A DNA stretch of 64,000 nt from Dehalococcoidia bacterium (GTDB lineage: Bacteria; Chloroflexota; Dehalococcoidia; Lucifugimonadales; UBA1127), in assembly GCA_965217675.1 (NCBI GenBank), contig OZ244559.1, positions 2,243,216 to 2,307,215 of the forward strand, in the 5' to 3' direction. A program made the position numbers and the translations under genes. Every line of letters starts with the position of its first letter. Position 1 is the first letter of the stretch. Shown in pieces: positions 34,976-43,983 of this stretch. The notes under the pieces are model-generated. The model ran no database searches, was not told where the DNA came from, and saw nothing but the letters and a program-made list of their open reading frames with translations.

Positions 34976-36202
34976 CTAACGTTGGCGTCCCAACAGCCGA
35001 GACAGCTCTGCCAAAGCCGGGTGACTGGCGCCCGCCGCCGAGGGCATTTTCTCATACCGCTCAAGCAGCTCCGACTCTGAAAATTGCTGGGGCCAGTCCA
35101 AGTTGACGGAAATCCGGTCACCCTGCATTTCCAGGACGGAGAGATTGAATAGGCCTGCTATGTCACGCCCATACGCCTTTGCGGGATGCTTGAGACTCGA
35201 ATAGTACGGCATCGACTGTAGTACCCAGTCTTCTGGGCTGAGAGGTCCTGCGTTCAGCAGTAGATTAAGAGTCAGCAATTGCCGTTCGGCCAACGCCCGA
35301 CGGCGAGGGCTACGGAGCTTGCTGAACAACGACTGGGCAAACTCCCGGAAAAGCAGGCGCTTTGTGTGCGTCGTGACCTCCTGGACCAGTGCGCTGCAAC
35401 GCTGCGTCACCGCTGGGAGGCTGAAAGTCAAGAACGGCGTGAGGTCGTGGCCTCTCCTTCGCGACTCATATAGAGCTGCAAGATATGCACCCTGGTTCTC
35501 GTAATAGTAGTTGGAGAGGCTAACCATCACCATGTCATTGACCCCCGCCTCCCGCAGCATGAACGCCTCCAAGGCACGGGCAGTGCGGCCATTGCCGTCA
35601 TCAAATGGATGCATAGCGCCGATGTGATAGTGGGCAGCCATTGCCTGGATGATGCGGTCGTGTCCGCGGAATTCCCCAGCAATAGCCTGACAGAGCGCCT
35701 CAAGAACTGCAGCAGTCTCATCTCCACCCTCCGCACCACGGCAGAGAGGGGACCCGAAGGTGACGTTGGACCCGGTGCGACGCAGTTCGCCGGGCACGCA
35801 GTGATCATCGTCGCAGCCGGTAACTATGCGACGGTGGATGTCGAGTACCAACTGCGCGGTCACCGGAAGGTCATTGGGGAGGGAACGCAGCCAACGGTAG
35901 GTCGCATCGGCTGAGCGGAGCTGCCGTTGAGAGTGGTTGAGATTGGCAATTACAGCAGTTGGGTCCAGAGCTTGGGCTTGCTCCTGCGGTGTGAATGCCG
36001 CTCCCTCGATCCGTGTCGTGCCCACCACCTCCAACCGTAGCTGCTCCTCATGGACTTGTTCGATCCATTGAGGCAAATAGGGCATCTGTTTCAGAACGCC
36101 CGCCGCAGTCTTAGCTTCAATCAGCAACCGAGCTATAGCCATGACGTCGTAGCGGACCCAAGGATCCGGCTGCACGTAGAGACTTGCACTTAGCGTTGTC
36201 AT
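34976..36202 (-). CDS. Fic/DOC (Fido) family protein, probable AMP-transferase with an intramolecular inhibitory helix
   Basis: ORF 34976..36202 (408 aa). It has the canonical Fic motif HPFDDGNGRTARAL and an upstream TTRIEG matching the [ST]xxxE[GN] inhibitory motif. The gene is visibly less GC-rich than its neighbours. Confidence 0.9.
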   Translation of the reverse strand: MTTLSASLYVQPDPWVRYDVMAIARLLIEAKTAAGVLKQMPYLPQWIEQVHEEQLRLEVVGTTRIEGAAFTPQEQAQALDPTAVIANLNHSQRQLRSADATYRWLRSLPNDLPVTAQLVLDIHRRIVTGCDDDHCVPGELRRTGSNVTFGSPLCRGAEGGDETAAVLEALCQAIAGEFRGHDRIIQAMAAHYHIGAMHPFDDGNGRTARALEAFMLREAGVNDMVMVSLSNYYYENQGAYLAALYESRRRGHDLTPFLTFSLPAVTQRCSALVQEVTTHTKRLLFREFAQSLFSKLRSPRRRALAERQLLTLNLLLNAGPLSPEDWVLQSMPYYSSLKHPAKAYGRDIAGLFNLSVLEMQGDRISVNLDWPQQFSESELLERYEKMPSAAGASHPALAELSRLLGRQR

Positions 36203-36420
36203 GTATAGCTCATTTCCAGTTCATTTCCAAATCACCGCATCTATTTTGTATATACCATGGTAAGAGTAGACCCGTTTCATTTCAACTTCATGTCTCATCC
36301 ATTTCCGGCTCATTGTCTTGGGAAACGACCCTTGGCGCCCAACTGAAACTTGCCTCAACCACAAGAAGAGGGCCCTCCCACGCGGGAAGCCCCTCTCCAT
36401 TCGTTCCGATTCGTTTGCGG

Positions 36421-37344
36421 CTAGGCCTTAGCGGGGGCTAGCTGCCCCAGGATCTGCCCCGCGTTGTGGTGGGACATCGTTTCGATCTCGGTCGGTGTGA
36501 AACCATTGTCCAGCAGGTTCTCAATGAACATGCCGAGACCCTCCTCCACCCACGGTGCCGTGCTCTGGCCCAGGTCGGTGGACAGGATGGTGGAGCTGGG
36601 GCCGAGGGTGCGGATGTTGTCGTACACGGTGGACCACTCCACCTTCTTGGTGTAGGGCTGCGTGAAGCAGCGCTCGAACATGACGTCGTGCTGGGCCAGC
36701 GCGCGCTGTTGGTCCTGGTCAAGGTAGGTCGCCGGGAACTCGGGGTGGGTGATGACGACGCGGTTAACCTTGGCCTCGAGAGCAGCCTTGACCACGGGGA
36801 GCATCTCTTCGGGCGCGATGTGGCCGGTGGCGAGGATCATGTCGTACTCGGCGATGACCTCCATGCACTGCCGGGCCGCGTCGGTGACCTTGCCGTCGAC
36901 AACAACCTTGACGGGGTCGCCGGCGATGCCCTTTTCCCGCATGGCCCGGGCGATGGTCATCCAGTAGGGCTGCGGCTTGCCATCGACGTTCTCGCCGGTG
37001 ATGTTCTTGACTTCGTTTTCCGCGTCGACGGTGGGGAACCAAACGACCTTGTTGCCGAGCCGGCCCGCGACGTCGACGGCCAACGGATTCATGCCGCCCA
37101 TGGAGTTGTTGAGGACGAGGCCGCCAAAGGCTCGGATCTGCGGGAACATCTGGTTGATGAGGCTGGCCCGGTCCGCAGTGCAAATGTAGTGGGACTTGAG
37201 CACCACGCCGGCCATGCCGGCCTCTATGGCGTGCTCGGCCAAAACGATGTCGTTGAACTTGCGCGGGAGCACGTCGGGCTCACTGTGGATGTGCATGTCG
37301 TACGCGCCGCGAATTAACTCCTTGACTGCTGCCTCGTCGGCCAT
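36421..37344 (-). CDS. DUF6282-like amidohydrolase-fold (TIM-barrel metal hydrolase-like) protein
   Basis: ORF 36421..37344 (307 aa). The N-terminal DMHIHSEPD (HxH) and AGMAGVVLKSHY...GGLVLNNSMGGMNP fit the family pattern. The assignment is pattern-level only. Confidence 0.6.
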   Translation of the reverse strand: MADEAAVKELIRGAYDMHIHSEPDVLPRKFNDIVLAEHAIEAGMAGVVLKSHYICTADRASLINQMFPQIRAFGGLVLNNSMGGMNPLAVDVAGRLGNKVVWFPTVDAENEVKNITGENVDGKPQPYWMTIARAMREKGIAGDPVKVVVDGKVTDAARQCMEVIAEYDMILATGHIAPEEMLPVVKAALEAKVNRVVITHPEFPATYLDQDQQRALAQHDVMFERCFTQPYTKKVEWSTVYDNIRTLGPSSTILSTDLGQSTAPWVEEGLGMFIENLLDNGFTPTEIETMSHHNAGQILGQLAPAKA

Positions 37345-37481
37345 GGCCTTCTCCTCTCAAATGCGCAGCCACCGCTGCAATGAATGTAGGGCGATGGTAG
37401 CCAGTGGGCAGTTGCGCTGTCAACAGCGAGGTGTCAGCACAGCAGCCCGGCGTGGGTGTTATGCTTGCCGCGGAGGCCTCC

Positions 37482-38999
37482 ATGAACGCTGACGACGCCG
37501 CCCAAGCGATACTGGACTACCACCGGCAAACCAACCACTCCGTGGAGAGTGTGCGGGCCGGCAATATCTCGCTAGACTTCTCCAACCTGCCGCGGCTGTA
37601 CAAGCTCTATCGACGAGCGGAGACCGTGCCGCTGCCGGAAGAGTCTGCGCCCTCGGGCGTGCCCGCGCTCGAAGCTATTTCGGGGGACGCGCCCACTCGA
37701 GACGGCGCGCCAACGCTGGAGGATGTGGCCGCGCTGCTCAAGCTCTCGGCGGGCATCACCAAATGGCTCAAGGTGCCCAACGGCCAGATGGCCTTTCGCG
37801 CGGCGTCCTGCACCGGCGCGCTCTATCACATCGAACTGTACCTGGTGTGCGAGGACCTACCGGGCTTGCCCGCCGGGGTGTACCAGTACGGAGCGCAGGA
37901 CAACGCGCTCCGTCGTGTGCGGTCGGGGGACTACCGTGGTGCGCTGGCGGCGGCGACGGCGGGCCACCCGGCGGTGGCATCCGCGCCGGTGACCATCGTG
38001 TACACGAGCGTCTTCTGGCGGAACGCGTGGAAGTACCAGAGCCGCGCCTACCGCCACGCCTACTGGGACTGCGGCACCATTCTTGCGAATACGCTGTCGG
38101 TGGCGTCGTCGCGGGGGCTGCCGGCACGGGTAGTCACGGGATTCGCGGACGACGCAGTGAACAAGGTCCTCGACGTCGACGGCGTGCGAGAGGCGGCCGT
38201 GGCTATCGTGCCCGTGGGCGGCGGAAGCACGCCCGTCACACCGACGCCCGCGCCTGAGCGGGTGAACCTCGAGACGATGCCCTACTCTCCAAAGGAGATT
38301 GACTACCCAATCATCCGCGCGACGCACACTGCCACGTCGCTGGACGAGGCGGGCGCGGCTGCGTGGCGGGCCATCGAGGGGAGCGCGCAAGCGGCGTCGA
38401 GTGCGCCGCTGACTGTCGAGGCGGGGGCAGAGTCCGTTGAGCGGGTGATCCTCCGGCGCGGGTCCACGCGACAGTTTCAGTTGGCGTCCATCGACGCCGA
38501 GGCCCTCCGCACGATGCTGGCCGCCGCCATGCGGCCGGTGCCGGGCGACTGGCCCTCACTCGACGGGGTCCCCGTCAACGGTCTGTACCTCATCGTAAAC
38601 AACGTCGACGGTTTGGCGCCGGGCGGGTACGTCTACCACGCGGAGGCAGGCGAGCTTGAGATGCTGCACTCCGGCGACCACCGCTTTATAGCGGGGCATC
38701 TGGGGCTGAACCAGGCGCTGGCCCACGACGCCGCGGTCAACTGCTACTTCCTCACCGACCTCGACGCCGTGACCGCCGCCATGGGCGCTCGCGGCTACCG
38801 CGCGGCGCAGCTTGACGCGAGCATTCGCGCGGGACGCCTCTACCTCTCCGCGTACTCGATGGGCCTAGGCGCGACGGGCCTCACCTTCTTCGACGACGAG
38901 GTGACGCAGTTCTTCTCGCCCCACGCGGCGGGCAAAAGCGTCATGTTCCTCACGCTGCTGGGCGTGCCGCAGAAGCGCTCGCGGGTCATGCCTGAGTAG
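37482..38999 (+). CDS. SagB/ThcOx-type nitroreductase-fold dehydrogenase, two tandem domains
   Basis: ORF 37404..38999. I place the start at ATG 37482, which has a GGAGG RBS (MNADDAAQAILDYHRQTNHS...LDFSNLPRLYKLY). The SagB-type N-terminal signature is followed by a second nitroreductase-like half (RRGSTRQF...). Confidence 0.75.
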   Translation: MNADDAAQAILDYHRQTNHSVESVRAGNISLDFSNLPRLYKLYRRAETVPLPEESAPSGVPALEAISGDAPTRDGAPTLEDVAALLKLSAGITKWLKVPNGQMAFRAASCTGALYHIELYLVCEDLPGLPAGVYQYGAQDNALRRVRSGDYRGALAAATAGHPAVASAPVTIVYTSVFWRNAWKYQSRAYRHAYWDCGTILANTLSVASSRGLPARVVTGFADDAVNKVLDVDGVREAAVAIVPVGGGSTPVTPTPAPERVNLETMPYSPKEIDYPIIRATHTATSLDEAGAAAWRAIEGSAQAASSAPLTVEAGAESVERVILRRGSTRQFQLASIDAEALRTMLAAAMRPVPGDWPSLDGVPVNGLYLIVNNVDGLAPGGYVYHAEAGELEMLHSGDHRFIAGHLGLNQALAHDAAVNCYFLTDLDAVTAAMGARGYRAAQLDASIRAGRLYLSAYSMGLGATGLTFFDDEVTQFFSPHAAGKSVMFLTLLGVPQKRSRVMPE

Positions 39000-39121
39000 G
39001 GGCCGACGCTGTGCGGGGACGTGCGGGAGGCCAACAAAGTGTCCAGCGCAGACCGGCGCCCAAAATGCTGACGAGAGTAGTGTAGTCTTTGCCTGGATGA
39101 GAGCAGAGGCGGAGGAGGCCC

Positions 39122-40855
39122 GTGGCAACGGCACAGACAAACCCTGACTTGCTCTATCAGCCGGATGAGCAGCCTCCCCATTTGGCGTCGCTCGGCCTGG
39201 GCTTTCAGAGCGTCATGGGCCGGCTGGCGGCGATGGCGGCGACCGCATCCATCATAGCCGCGGCAGGAGGGCAGTCCGACAGCTACCTGTCATGGATCTT
39301 CTTTTCGGCGTTGGTCGTTTGTGGGCTGGGCACCAGCCTCCAGATTTACCGGATTTGGCGGTTCGGGTCAGGGTACGCGCTCAGCATAGTCTCCGGTACT
39401 GCGTTTATCGCGGTCTGCACCAGCGCGCTGTTGGAGGGCGGGCCGGCGATGCTGTCCAGCCTCATCGTCGTGTCAGCGGTGATCCAGTTCTTCCTGATCT
39501 CGCGGCTCTCGTTATTACGCCGGATTCTCACGCCGGTGGTGGCCGGCACGGTACTCATGCTGCTGGCGGCCACGAACTTGACGGTGGTGATGGGCAGGCT
39601 GTCGGACGTGCCGGAGGGGGCGTCGCTTGCCAGCGCTCCCATCGTCGCCGGCGTCACGTTGGTTGCTCTGTTGTCGCTGAGGCTGTTCGCCTCGGCGAAG
39701 CTGCAGCAATGGGCCCCGATCATCGCGATCCTTTTGGGCGGCGCGTTGGCAGTCCCGTTGGGTCTGTACGACCTGAGCAACGTCGCGGCGGCGGCCTGGG
39801 TCGGGATCCCCGAAGTCACTTGGGCCGGGTTCGACCTCAGCTTTGGCGCGTCGTTCTGGGCGTTACTGCCGGGGTTCGTCATCGTCAACCTCGCGTTGGC
39901 CGTCAACTCCACCAGCGACAGCGTCATCATTCAACAAATAGCGTGGCGCAGGCCGCGGGCCACTGATTTTCGGATGGTCCAGGGGGGACACTTTCTCGGC
40001 GTGCTGACCAATTTGCTCGCCGCCCTCGTGGGGACGCTGCCGAACAATATCGGCGCAGCCAGTTCGGCGCGGGTCGTCCTCACCGGGGTCGCCGCCCGGC
40101 GCGTCGGCCTGTACGGCGGCGCCATTCTGATAGCCGTGGCGTTTTCACCCAAGCTGGTAGCCCTCCTCATCGCCATTCCCCGTCCTGCGCTGGTGGCCTA
40201 CATGCTGTTCATGCTGTCTCTGCTCTTTGTGCAGGGCATGAGCACCGTTACCCGTGAGGGGTTGAGCGGGCGGAGGGCATCTGTAGTGGGAATCTCCCTC
40301 TGGATAGGACTGGGCATTCAGAATGATCTGATCTTCCCGGACCTTCTTACCGGTACGCTTGGGACATTTCTCGGCAGCGGCATGACCATGGGCGCCCTCT
40401 CGATCCTTCTGCTCAATATGTTGATGGAGGGGACCTCTTCCCGGGCCAAGCGTCTGAAGGTGGCGATGGGCCCCTCCGCCCTGCCCGAGATCGACGCGTT
40501 CCTGCAGGAGTATGCAACACAGACCGGATGGAACGACGAGTCCACCGACAGACTGCGTGCGGTAGGTGAGGAGACTGTGTCGAGTCTGCTGCCGGACGGC
40601 GACCTCGCGGCAAGCGATCGGCGAAACCTGACGCTCAGCGTGCGCCGCTCCGACGACAAGCTTGAACTGGAGTTCATGACCACTTCCGACGAGGAGAATC
40701 TGGAAGACCGATTGGCGTATCTGAGCGATCAGCCCGAGATCGGCATCGAGCGGGAAGTCTCATACCGCCTGCTGCAACACTATGCGTCGTCAGTCCAGCA
40801 CCGCAAGTACCACAACATCGACATCGTCACCGTGGAGGTCAAGGGAAGTCGCTGA
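39122..40855 (+). CDS. NCS2 (nucleobase:cation symporter-2 / xanthine-uracil permease) family transporter with an extra cytoplasmic C-terminal domain of about 140 aa
   Basis: ORF 39122..40855 (GTG start, 577 aa). About 430 aa of polytopic permease come first. A soluble tail follows (KRLKVAMGPSALPEIDAFLQEY...RLRAVGEETVSSLL...LTLSVRRSDDKLELEFMTTSDE...IVTVEV). Its secondary-structure pattern resembles RsbW/SpoIIAB-type GHKL domains, but it lacks their N and G boxes. Confidence 0.75.
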   Translation: MATAQTNPDLLYQPDEQPPHLASLGLGFQSVMGRLAAMAATASIIAAAGGQSDSYLSWIFFSALVVCGLGTSLQIYRIWRFGSGYALSIVSGTAFIAVCTSALLEGGPAMLSSLIVVSAVIQFFLISRLSLLRRILTPVVAGTVLMLLAATNLTVVMGRLSDVPEGASLASAPIVAGVTLVALLSLRLFASAKLQQWAPIIAILLGGALAVPLGLYDLSNVAAAAWVGIPEVTWAGFDLSFGASFWALLPGFVIVNLALAVNSTSDSVIIQQIAWRRPRATDFRMVQGGHFLGVLTNLLAALVGTLPNNIGAASSARVVLTGVAARRVGLYGGAILIAVAFSPKLVALLIAIPRPALVAYMLFMLSLLFVQGMSTVTREGLSGRRASVVGISLWIGLGIQNDLIFPDLLTGTLGTFLGSGMTMGALSILLLNMLMEGTSSRAKRLKVAMGPSALPEIDAFLQEYATQTGWNDESTDRLRAVGEETVSSLLPDGDLAASDRRNLTLSVRRSDDKLELEFMTTSDEENLEDRLAYLSDQPEIGIEREVSYRLLQHYASSVQHRKYHNIDIVTVEVKGSR

Positions 40856-41830
40856 TGTGCTGGCGTGAGTGTTTGCAGCAGTGCCCCTCGTGCCTATCGC
40901 GGGCCGCCGCCCTGACTCCACCCTGCTCAGCCCCGAGATGAAATTCTGCGCCGCTTGCGACAACGGCCTGCCTCGAAGGGTTACCACACCGGCAATCTCC
41001 TCCGCCAGAAGGTTCGGAAGCAGCAGGATGTCCAACTCCGCGGCGTCGCCGGGAGAGATGGCGATTTCCGGGAGAACGGAGATGCCCGCGCCGCCCGTCA
41101 TGTACTGCTTGATGGCCTCCATGCTGTCGGTTTCCACCGCGAGATCGTAGCTGATGCCCCGCTTGCGGAAGGCGTCGTCCAGCAGGTTGCGAGTGCGGGA
41201 AGCGGCTCTGAGCATGACCAGGGGCCACCGGGCAAGCGTGCTGTAGGAGATCTCCCGCTGGTCGGTTACCGGGTGACCCTTGGGCGCCGCCAGCACCCTG
41301 CGAATCGTGAACAGGGGAGCGAAGTCAAAGCCGACGGGGATGTCGGCGGTGGGCACGATGCCGAGGTCCGCCTCGCCCGACGCCACCTTCGCGAGGATGT
41401 CGGCCTCGCCCACGGACCAGAGGCGGAGCAGCGTGTCGGGGTACTTCTGGCGAAAGTTTCGCACGGGCCTGGGCAGCACCTGCGCGATGAGGGCGGAGGT
41501 GGTAACGGCGGTCACGGGACTCGTCTGCTCCAGGTCGAACCGGAAGGATTCCAGCGCGCCCATACCCTCCACCAGCGGGCCGGCCATCTCGAGCAGCACG
41601 GCACCGGCCGTCGTGAGTTGGACGGGCCGCTTCCCGCGAATGAGCATCTCCATGCCAACCTCCTCCTCCAGCCTCTTCAGGCGCTTGGTTGCCGCGGGCT
41701 GCCCCAGATTGAGGGCGCGCGCCGCCCCGGATATGCTGCCCAGTTTGGCGACAGCACAAAAGGTCCGCAGTTCCCGAAAGTCCAAATCTTCCCTCCGGAT
41801 GTATTCCCGATTGGAATTGACCATAGACAT
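40790..41830 (-). CDS. LysR-family transcriptional regulator
   Basis: This is part of ORF 40790..41935, with the start at ATG 41830 (MSMVNSNREYIRREDLDFRELRTFCAVAKLGSISGAARALNLGQPAATKRLKRLEEEVG). Its 3' end overlaps the convergent permease gene by 66 nt. Confidence 0.9.
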   Translation of the reverse strand: MSMVNSNREYIRREDLDFRELRTFCAVAKLGSISGAARALNLGQPAATKRLKRLEEEVGMEMLIRGKRPVQLTTAGAVLLEMAGPLVEGMGALESFRFDLEQTSPVTAVTTSALIAQVLPRPVRNFRQKYPDTLLRLWSVGEADILAKVASGEADLGIVPTADIPVGFDFAPLFTIRRVLAAPKGHPVTDQREISYSTLARWPLVMLRAASRTRNLLDDAFRKRGISYDLAVETDSMEAIKQYMTGGAGISVLPEIAISPGDAAELDILLLPNLLAEEIAGVVTLRGRPLSQAAQNFISGLSRVESGRRPAIGTRGTAANTHASTSATSLDLHGDDVDVVVLAVLD

Positions 41831-41839
41831 CGCTATGCA

Positions 41840-41869
41840 TTGACAACTAGCCGAATCAAAGGCGATACT
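41840..41869 (+). promoter_or_regulatory. Candidate promoter of the LysR-divergent operon
   Basis: TTGACA at 41840-41845, an 18-nt spacer, then GATACT at 41864-41869. The -35 lies 10 bp from the LysR start codon, which is the typical LysR divergent layout. Confidence 0.35.
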
Positions 41870-41915
41870 CCCCACTAACCAGTAGAATTGTGTGCACCGC
41901 GAAGGGAGGACTACC

Positions 41916-42797
41916 ATGGCAAAGTTCAGAATCATGCCCCACAGCCGCCTGCAGGAGTGGGTGGCCGAGGAGAAGGGGTACTTTACCGACGAGGGGTTGG
42001 ACTACGAGTTTATCCGTGGCCGGCAATTGTCCGCGCAGCCCTCTGTCACGTCCACGGACCAAGCGCCCGTCGAGGTCAAGCGGGGCGCATTTGAGGGGAT
42101 GTCCGAGGGCCGCGCGTGCGAGATCAGCTCCGCGTGCCACTGGGCCGTCAACATGGCCGCCCACGGACAGAGCGGCCGCATGTGGGGCCACGCCTACTCC
42201 GTGACGCCCTCCGGCATCTGGGTCGCCCCCGAGTCCGACATCCGGGAGCCCGAAGAGTTGGCCGGCGTGCCGGTGGCCGTCGGCTACCACTCCGGCAGCC
42301 ACTTCTCGGCAATCCAGGCGCTGGAGCCCTTCCTGTCCAAGGAAGACATCAACCTGCAGTTTGTCGGCGGGCCGGTGGACCGCGCCCAGCTCTCGCTGGA
42401 CCGCAGGGTGCAGGCCGCCAACGTCTTCGGCACGCCTTCGTACGTGCTGGAGCAGCAGGGTTTCCGCAAGGTTGTGGACACCAGCTTCATGATCGGCTTC
42501 CTGATCAACGGCGACGCCACCGACGAGCAGCTCTGGGCATATTTCAACGCCCTGCAGCGCGCGCAGCGGGAGATTGACGTTGCCAAGGAGAAGTACCAGC
42601 ACTACTTCCTCACGGAGATCCCGGAGAAGTTCAAGCCGTACTTCAACTACCGCAAGGCCGGCATCGGCGAGCGGCTGGTCTTCGAGCCGTACACGCAGGA
42701 GACCTTCGAGCGGACGCACCGGTGGATGGTCGAGTGGGGCATCTTCGGCGAGGACCAGGTGGGCCACGCCTCGTACGCAGAGGCGGTCCACGCCTAA
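41916..42797 (+). CDS. Cytoplasmic NMT1/THI5-like (type 2 periplasmic-binding-protein fold) protein, function unknown
   Basis: ORF 41892..42797. I place the start at ATG 41916, which has a GGGAGGA RBS (MAKFRIMPHSRLQEWVAEEKGYFTDEGLDYEF). There is no signal peptide. The family call is pattern-level only. Confidence 0.55.
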   Translation: MAKFRIMPHSRLQEWVAEEKGYFTDEGLDYEFIRGRQLSAQPSVTSTDQAPVEVKRGAFEGMSEGRACEISSACHWAVNMAAHGQSGRMWGHAYSVTPSGIWVAPESDIREPEELAGVPVAVGYHSGSHFSAIQALEPFLSKEDINLQFVGGPVDRAQLSLDRRVQAANVFGTPSYVLEQQGFRKVVDTSFMIGFLINGDATDEQLWAYFNALQRAQREIDVAKEKYQHYFLTEIPEKFKPYFNYRKAGIGERLVFEPYTQETFERTHRWMVEWGIFGEDQVGHASYAEAVHA

Positions 42798-42981
42798 GCC
42801 AGCGCCTTGGATTGTACGAAGAGGGCTCCGGCAAGACCGGGGCCCTTTTCTTTTTCGGCGCGCGGTGGCGCGGGTCACTGGCGTCCAGTAGACTGCGGCT
42901 GCAACGGAGGCGGTCGGCGCCGCTTGCCTCGCTTCGAGGCTGCAAGAGCGGACCGCAAATCGACAACAGGAGGCGTGGACC

Positions 42982-43938
42982 ATGAGCGAGAGTGCAAGCG
43001 TCAGGCTCCGAAGGTCAATCAACGACACCAAGCTACTCCTAATGCCCGGCGGATTCAGCCCGCTGGCCGCTCGGATGGCGGAATCGCTGGGATTCGAGTC
43101 GTTCTTCCTGGCGGGATCGCAGGTGAACGCGCACATGTACGGCAAGCCGGACATCGGGCTGCTGGGACTCAAGGAGATGGCGGACGGCGTCCGCAACATC
43201 GCAGCGGTGTCGTCGATTCCGGTGCTGGTGGACTCGGACACGGGGTACGGCAACGCGGTCAACGTCTACCACGCTACGGAGGGCTTCATTCGCGCGGGCG
43301 CGGCCGGCCTGCACCTCGAGGACCAGCTGGCCCCCAAGCTCTCCGGCACGGCCGCCGGCAAGCGGTGCATCCCCGTCGAGGAGGCCGTGGGCAAGTACAA
43401 GGCGGCGGTGGCGGCGCGGGACTCCATCGACCCGGACTTCGTCATCTGCGCGCGGTGCGACTTCATCGGCGCGGAGGGCGGCGATTTCGAGGGCGCGGTG
43501 GAACGGTGCATCAGGTACAAGGAGGAGGCCGGCGTCGACCTCATCTGGCTGAACAACGTCCAGCAGAAGGAGGAAGTGCGCGCGGCGTCGGAGCGCATCC
43601 CCGGCGCGGTCATGCCCTCCTTCGGCGGCCCGCCGCCCGGGCCGACGCTGGAGGAGCTGCAGGAGTGGGGCGCCGCAGTCGCCATCTTCCCGGCGCTGAC
43701 CAGCTCCGTCGGCCTGCAGGCGGTGTGGGATCTGCTGAACGACTTCAAGGAGCGCGGCCTCGTGGCCATGGATGAGCGGCGTCAGCAGGCGGCGGCCGGC
43801 AAGTGGGGCGCCGTTCGCCTCCACGACTTCGTGCACCCCGGCGACGCACTGGTGCGGGGGATTGAGGACGAGTACCTGCCGCAGGAATCGAAGCGGGACT
43901 ACGACTCCACCTTCGGGCACTACACACCGCCGACGTAG
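42982..43938 (+). CDS. Isocitrate lyase / PEP mutase superfamily enzyme (methylisocitrate lyase / oxaloacetate decarboxylase-like)
   Basis: ORF 42982..43938. PGGFSPLAARMAESLGFESFFLAGS, VLVDSDTGYGNA and GAAGLHLEDQ are superfamily hallmarks. The catalytic-loop region reads KLSGTAAGKRCIP rather than the KKCGH of true lyases. Confidence 0.8.
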   Translation: MSESASVRLRRSINDTKLLLMPGGFSPLAARMAESLGFESFFLAGSQVNAHMYGKPDIGLLGLKEMADGVRNIAAVSSIPVLVDSDTGYGNAVNVYHATEGFIRAGAAGLHLEDQLAPKLSGTAAGKRCIPVEEAVGKYKAAVAARDSIDPDFVICARCDFIGAEGGDFEGAVERCIRYKEEAGVDLIWLNNVQQKEEVRAASERIPGAVMPSFGGPPPGPTLEELQEWGAAVAIFPALTSSVGLQAVWDLLNDFKERGLVAMDERRQQAAAGKWGAVRLHDFVHPGDALVRGIEDEYLPQESKRDYDSTFGHYTPPT

Positions 43939-43983
43939 AGAGTTGGCCGGTCCATTAACGCCCGAACGGGGAAGTCCGCGCAA

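Noticed and set aside
37482-38999. SagB-type dehydrogenase as a marker of a thiazole/oxazole RiPP (TOMM) biosynthetic cluster
   Set aside because: No YcaO/cyclodehydratase, docking protein, precursor-like small ORF or dedicated ABC exporter is visible within several kb on either strand.
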